Assembly (NCBI GenBank): GCA_964291315.2
Contig: OZ219753.1
Span: 352,001-416,000, forward strand
Reading direction: 5' to 3'
Source: Candidatus Poribacteria bacterium
GTDB taxonomy: Bacteria; Poribacteria; WGA-4E; WGA-3G
DNA: 64,000 nucleotides
The notes below the pieces were generated by a model, which made no database searches, was not told the origin of the DNA, and saw nothing but the letters and a program-made list of their open reading frames with translations. This document shows, in pieces, positions 60,920 to 64,000 of this stretch (the first letter of the stretch is position 1; each line of letters starts with the position of its first letter). The position numbers were made by a program, and so were the translations under genes.

Positions 60920-62320
60920 ATGCATGAAACCCCACTTTACTTTAAGACTATAATAGAGATCGCGGAAGCAATTGCCTCTAGGCAGCTATCCCCTGTTGAT
61001 GTGACCATTGCAATGTTGGAGCGCATAGAGCAGCTTGATGCTCAATGGATGAGCTACGCCACAGTGATGCCAGAATATGCGATGCGTTCAGCGGAAAAGG
61101 CGGGAAAAGAGATTAGTGCGGGGATGTCCCGCGGTCCACTTCACGGTGTTCCCGTTGCTGTAAAGGACCTCTGCTTTACGAAAGGTGTGCGCACGATGGG
61201 CGCGGCGAAAGTTCTCACGGGTCATGTACCTACCTTCAATAGCACAGTCATCGCCAAGTTGGAAGCAGCGGGTGCAGTCCTGCTCGGCAAGCTCAACTTG
61301 ACTGAGGGGGCAATGGGGGGCTACAATCCGGAATTCGATATTCCCAAGAACCCTTGGAACCCCGAGCGGTGGACAGGTTCTTCGTCAAGTGGTTCCGGTG
61401 TCGCGACAGCAGCAGGATTGTGTTTCGGTTCACTCGGCACTGACACAGGCGGTTCCATTCGATTTCCAGCCGCATCGTGTGGCATTGTGGGTATAAAACC
61501 GACCTGGGGCAGAGTCAGTCGTTATGGTGTGCTTGCACTTGCAGAGTCGATGGACCATGTCGGCACGATGACCCGCAGCGTCGCTGATGCAGCAATTATG
61601 CTTGAGGCGATCGCAGGTTCTGATCCGAATGACCCAACCGCTTTGTCAAACCCTGTGCCTAACATGCTTGAGCAGATCGGGCGCGGAATTCAAGGCATCC
61701 GCATCGGGTTTGATGAGAACTACGCGACCAAAGATATTGAGAGTGAACTCGCCGAAGCCGTCTACGCCAGTGTGAAGGTCCTTGCGGAGCAAGGAGCTGA
61801 GATCGTTGAAGTGGAGCTGCCTGATATGGACGAATACGTATCAGCGTGGCCCGAGCTCTGTTCTGCTGAGGCGGTATTGGCGCATGCAGCTACCTATCCA
61901 TCCCAACGAGACGCTTACGGGCCCTGGTTCCGAGCATGGCTAGATATGGGATCGAAAGTGACAGGGGCTGATTATGCAAAAGCGAATAATTTAAGAGCGG
62001 TCTGCACAGGGCACTTACAGAAGGCATTTGAGGGAATCGATGTGCTGGTATGTCCCTCTATGTCCGCGCCGCCGCACGCAGTCACGCCGGAGAGGTTATA
62101 TGGGCAGTATGAAGCACGAGATCCGAAGTTTCAACGGTTCACTGTGCCATTTAACTATAACGGGGCGCCAACTCTTTCTGTGCCGTGTGGCATGAACAGC
62201 GAAGGGTTGCCGTTGAGCATTCAGTTTGTCGGAAAACAGTTGACAGAGCCGCTGTTGTGCCGGGTCGGGCATGCCTATGAGTGTGCCACCCCGTGGCATT
62301 CTCTCCATCCGAATATTTAA
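60920..62320 (+). CDS. Amidase signature family protein
   Basis: GVPVAVKDL, GSSSGSG, GTDTGGSIRFPA; SD GGAGG. Confidence 0.93.
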   Translation: MHETPLYFKTIIEIAEAIASRQLSPVDVTIAMLERIEQLDAQWMSYATVMPEYAMRSAEKAGKEISAGMSRGPLHGVPVAVKDLCFTKGVRTMGAAKVLTGHVPTFNSTVIAKLEAAGAVLLGKLNLTEGAMGGYNPEFDIPKNPWNPERWTGSSSSGSGVATAAGLCFGSLGTDTGGSIRFPAASCGIVGIKPTWGRVSRYGVLALAESMDHVGTMTRSVADAAIMLEAIAGSDPNDPTALSNPVPNMLEQIGRGIQGIRIGFDENYATKDIESELAEAVYASVKVLAEQGAEIVEVELPDMDEYVSAWPELCSAEAVLAHAATYPSQRDAYGPWFRAWLDMGSKVTGADYAKANNLRAVCTGHLQKAFEGIDVLVCPSMSAPPHAVTPERLYGQYEARDPKFQRFTVPFNYNGAPTLSVPCGMNSEGLPLSIQFVGKQLTEPLLCRVGHAYECATPWHSLHPNI

Positions 62321-62480
62321 AGATCATTTTACCTGTTTTTGCACGCCCGAACCAGATGCGACGTTAGGTGGTTTATCAGACGGTTTAAGGTATGCCACTT
62401 CCGTTCCTTCAGGCGTGTACACGCGGATATCCTCTTCGGATTCGTTAGGGTTTGTCGCGTCCCGAGACAAAGAGCATTGG

Positions 62481-63725
62481 TTAGAAGTTTTCAATGATCG
62501 CTGCACCGAACTCAGAGGTGCGGACCTTTGTCGCACCTTCCATCAGGCGCTCCAGATCGTAGGTCACTCGCTTTTGAAGGATAGTTTTCTCAAGTCCAGT
62601 AATAATCAGTTCAGCTGCTTCCTGCCAACCGATATGCTCTAATAGCATCACCGCAGAAAGGATAAGTGAACTGGGGTTGACAACGTCTTGGTCTGTGTAT
62701 TTGGGGGCAGTACCGTGGGTTGCTTCAAAGAGCGCCACTTCATCGCTGAGGTTGCCACCGGGGGCCATGCCGATACCGCCGACTTGTGCAGCTGCTGCGT
62801 CCGAAAGATAGTCACCGTTCAGATTCGGAGTGACAATTACATCGTACTCATCGGTGCGTGTCAGAATCTGTTGTAACATGCTATCCGCGATCCTGTCGTT
62901 AACAACAATTTTGCCTTCCGGACGTTCACCGTGGTATTTATCGTAGAGTTCTGCTTCCGTGATTGTTTGATCTGCGAATTCTTCTCTTGCGAGTTCATAG
63001 CCCCAAGCACAAAATGCGCCCTCGGTGAACTTCATAATGTTGCCCTTATGCACAAAAGTGACAGTGCTTCTGCCGTGATCAATGGCGTATTGGATCGCCA
63101 TCCGCGCCAAGCGTTTCGTCGCGAAAATGCTAATCGGTTTTACACCAATACCAGAATCTTCTCGAATTTCTACGCCCATTTCGGAGTGCAGAAGTTCAAT
63201 AACTTTCTTCGCCTCTGGGGTGCCTTGTTCCCATTCGATACCCGCATAAACATCTTCAGTGTTCTCACGGAAGATAACAACGTCCATTTTTTCAGGATGC
63301 GTGACGGGTGCTGGGACTCCTTGGAAATATCGGACAGGCCGAACGCATGCGTAGAGTTCAAGTACCTGGCGCAACGTCACGTTTAGACTCCGAAACCCGC
63401 CGCCGACGGGTGTTGTTAGCGGTCCTTTAAGGGCAACCCGGAAGAACTCAATCGCGTCGAAGGTATCTTGGGGGAGCCACTCACTATATTTCTCCATCGC
63501 GTTTTCGCCGGCATAAACCTCAAACCAAACTATCCCTTTTTGATGGTTGTAGGCCGCTTTGATAGCGCTATCAACAACGTGCTGGGCCACCTTCGTGATG
63601 TCGCGTCCGATACCGTCGCCTTCAATGAACGGGATAATCGGCTGATTCGGCACAACGAGCCGTCCGTCAACGATTCCAATTCTTTCACCTTCTGTTGGAG
63701 CTGTTAATTGCTCTAATTCAATCAC
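62481..63725 (-). CDS. icd: NADP-dependent isocitrate dehydrogenase
   Basis: [53 protein letters not shown]. Confidence 0.97.
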   Translation of the reverse strand: MIELEQLTAPTEGERIGIVDGRLVVPNQPIIPFIEGDGIGRDITKVAQHVVDSAIKAAYNHQKGIVWFEVYAGENAMEKYSEWLPQDTFDAIEFFRVALKGPLTTPVGGGFRSLNVTLRQVLELYACVRPVRYFQGVPAPVTHPEKMDVVIFRENTEDVYAGIEWEQGTPEAKKVIELLHSEMGVEIREDSGIGVKPISIFATKRLARMAIQYAIDHGRSTVTFVHKGNIMKFTEGAFCAWGYELAREEFADQTITEAELYDKYHGERPEGKIVVNDRIADSMLQQILTRTDEYDVIVTPNLNGDYLSDAAAAQVGGIGMAPGGNLSDEVALFEATHGTAPKYTDQDVVNPSSLILSAVMLLEHIGWQEAAELIITGLEKTILQKRVTYDLERLMEGATKVRTSEFGAAIIENF

Positions 63726-63756
63726 TCAGTATTCCTCTCTTTCCTGTGCGATATAG

Positions 63757-63822
63757 TTGTCGCATAGTCTGTTAGTTTGCTGTGCCACTTTAGATGATGC
63801 CAATAATTAGCAAGCTTGCGTT
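63757..63822 (+). repeat. Degenerate partial copy F of the MITE/REP family
   Basis: TTGTCGCATAGTCTGTTAG...TGTGCC...GATGCCAATAATTAGCAAGCTTGCGTT. Confidence 0.65.
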
Positions 63823-63832
63823 CCGTATATCA

Positions 63833-64000
63833 CTATTTGTCAGTTTTTAGGCGTTTTATTTCAGCCAATGCCTCGGCGAGTTCGGCTTCTGCTTTTTGTC
63901 GTGCTTTAGCCTCGGCTTGTGCCCGGGCATCGGCAGACTCCAGCCACGCTGAACGAACAGGATCATAAAACCCGAGTCGCCCCGCACGCTCTCCTAACTC
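63833..64000 (-). CDS. C-terminal end of a probable Uma2 (DUF820) family endonuclease, truncated by the window edge
   Basis: Open frame ELGERAGRLGFYDPVRSAWLESADARAQAEAKARQKAEAELAEALAEIKRLKTDK-stop; L.FYDP...WL plus coiled-coil tail is typical of Uma2 proteins. Confidence 0.6.
   Translation of the reverse strand, partial: ELGERAGRLGFYDPVRSAWLESADARAQAEAKARQKAEAELAEALAEIKRLKTDK

Noticed and set aside
48883-63822. Recurring ~30-nt AACCCAATAATTATCAAGCTCGCGTT as a CRISPR repeat
   Set aside because: Copies are kilobases apart, in both orientations, with no spacer periodicity and no cas genes.

Overview
Gene-dense, roughly 48-50% GC (estimated by eye) bacterial chromosomal window, most likely Candidatus Poribacteria. 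That call is an inference from gene content: dockerin-like, lamin-tail and HExxH secreted proteins with a C-terminal TW-x-x-LK tail, PhyH, a uronate isomerase and a Uma2 protein. Core genes are recJ-rel, rpmB, aroQ, gap-tpiA-secG, thrS, icd, iscS, lpoB, mtnA, a YitJ-type methyltransferase and a tRNA-Gly/Cys/Val cluster. Accessory content includes a single-chain restriction-modification enzyme, an orphan M.EcoRV-like methylase and several large secreted proteins. Best leads: (1) a cold-shock domain fused to two tandem Hfq/Sm-like domains; (2) a secreted PHM/DBH-type copper monooxygenase with a built-in cytochrome-c-like domain; (3) a dispersed TIR-bounded MITE family carrying GTAG REP-like hairpins (6 copies, one with an 8-bp TSD); (4) a shared C-terminal sorting-like motif on unrelated secreted proteins; (5) a slightly diverged 674-bp tandem duplication of a ferredoxin transcription unit. 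Two one-base frameshifts (rel and a metallopeptidase) are probably sequencing errors. All family assignments come from motif recognition by eye; no database searches were run.
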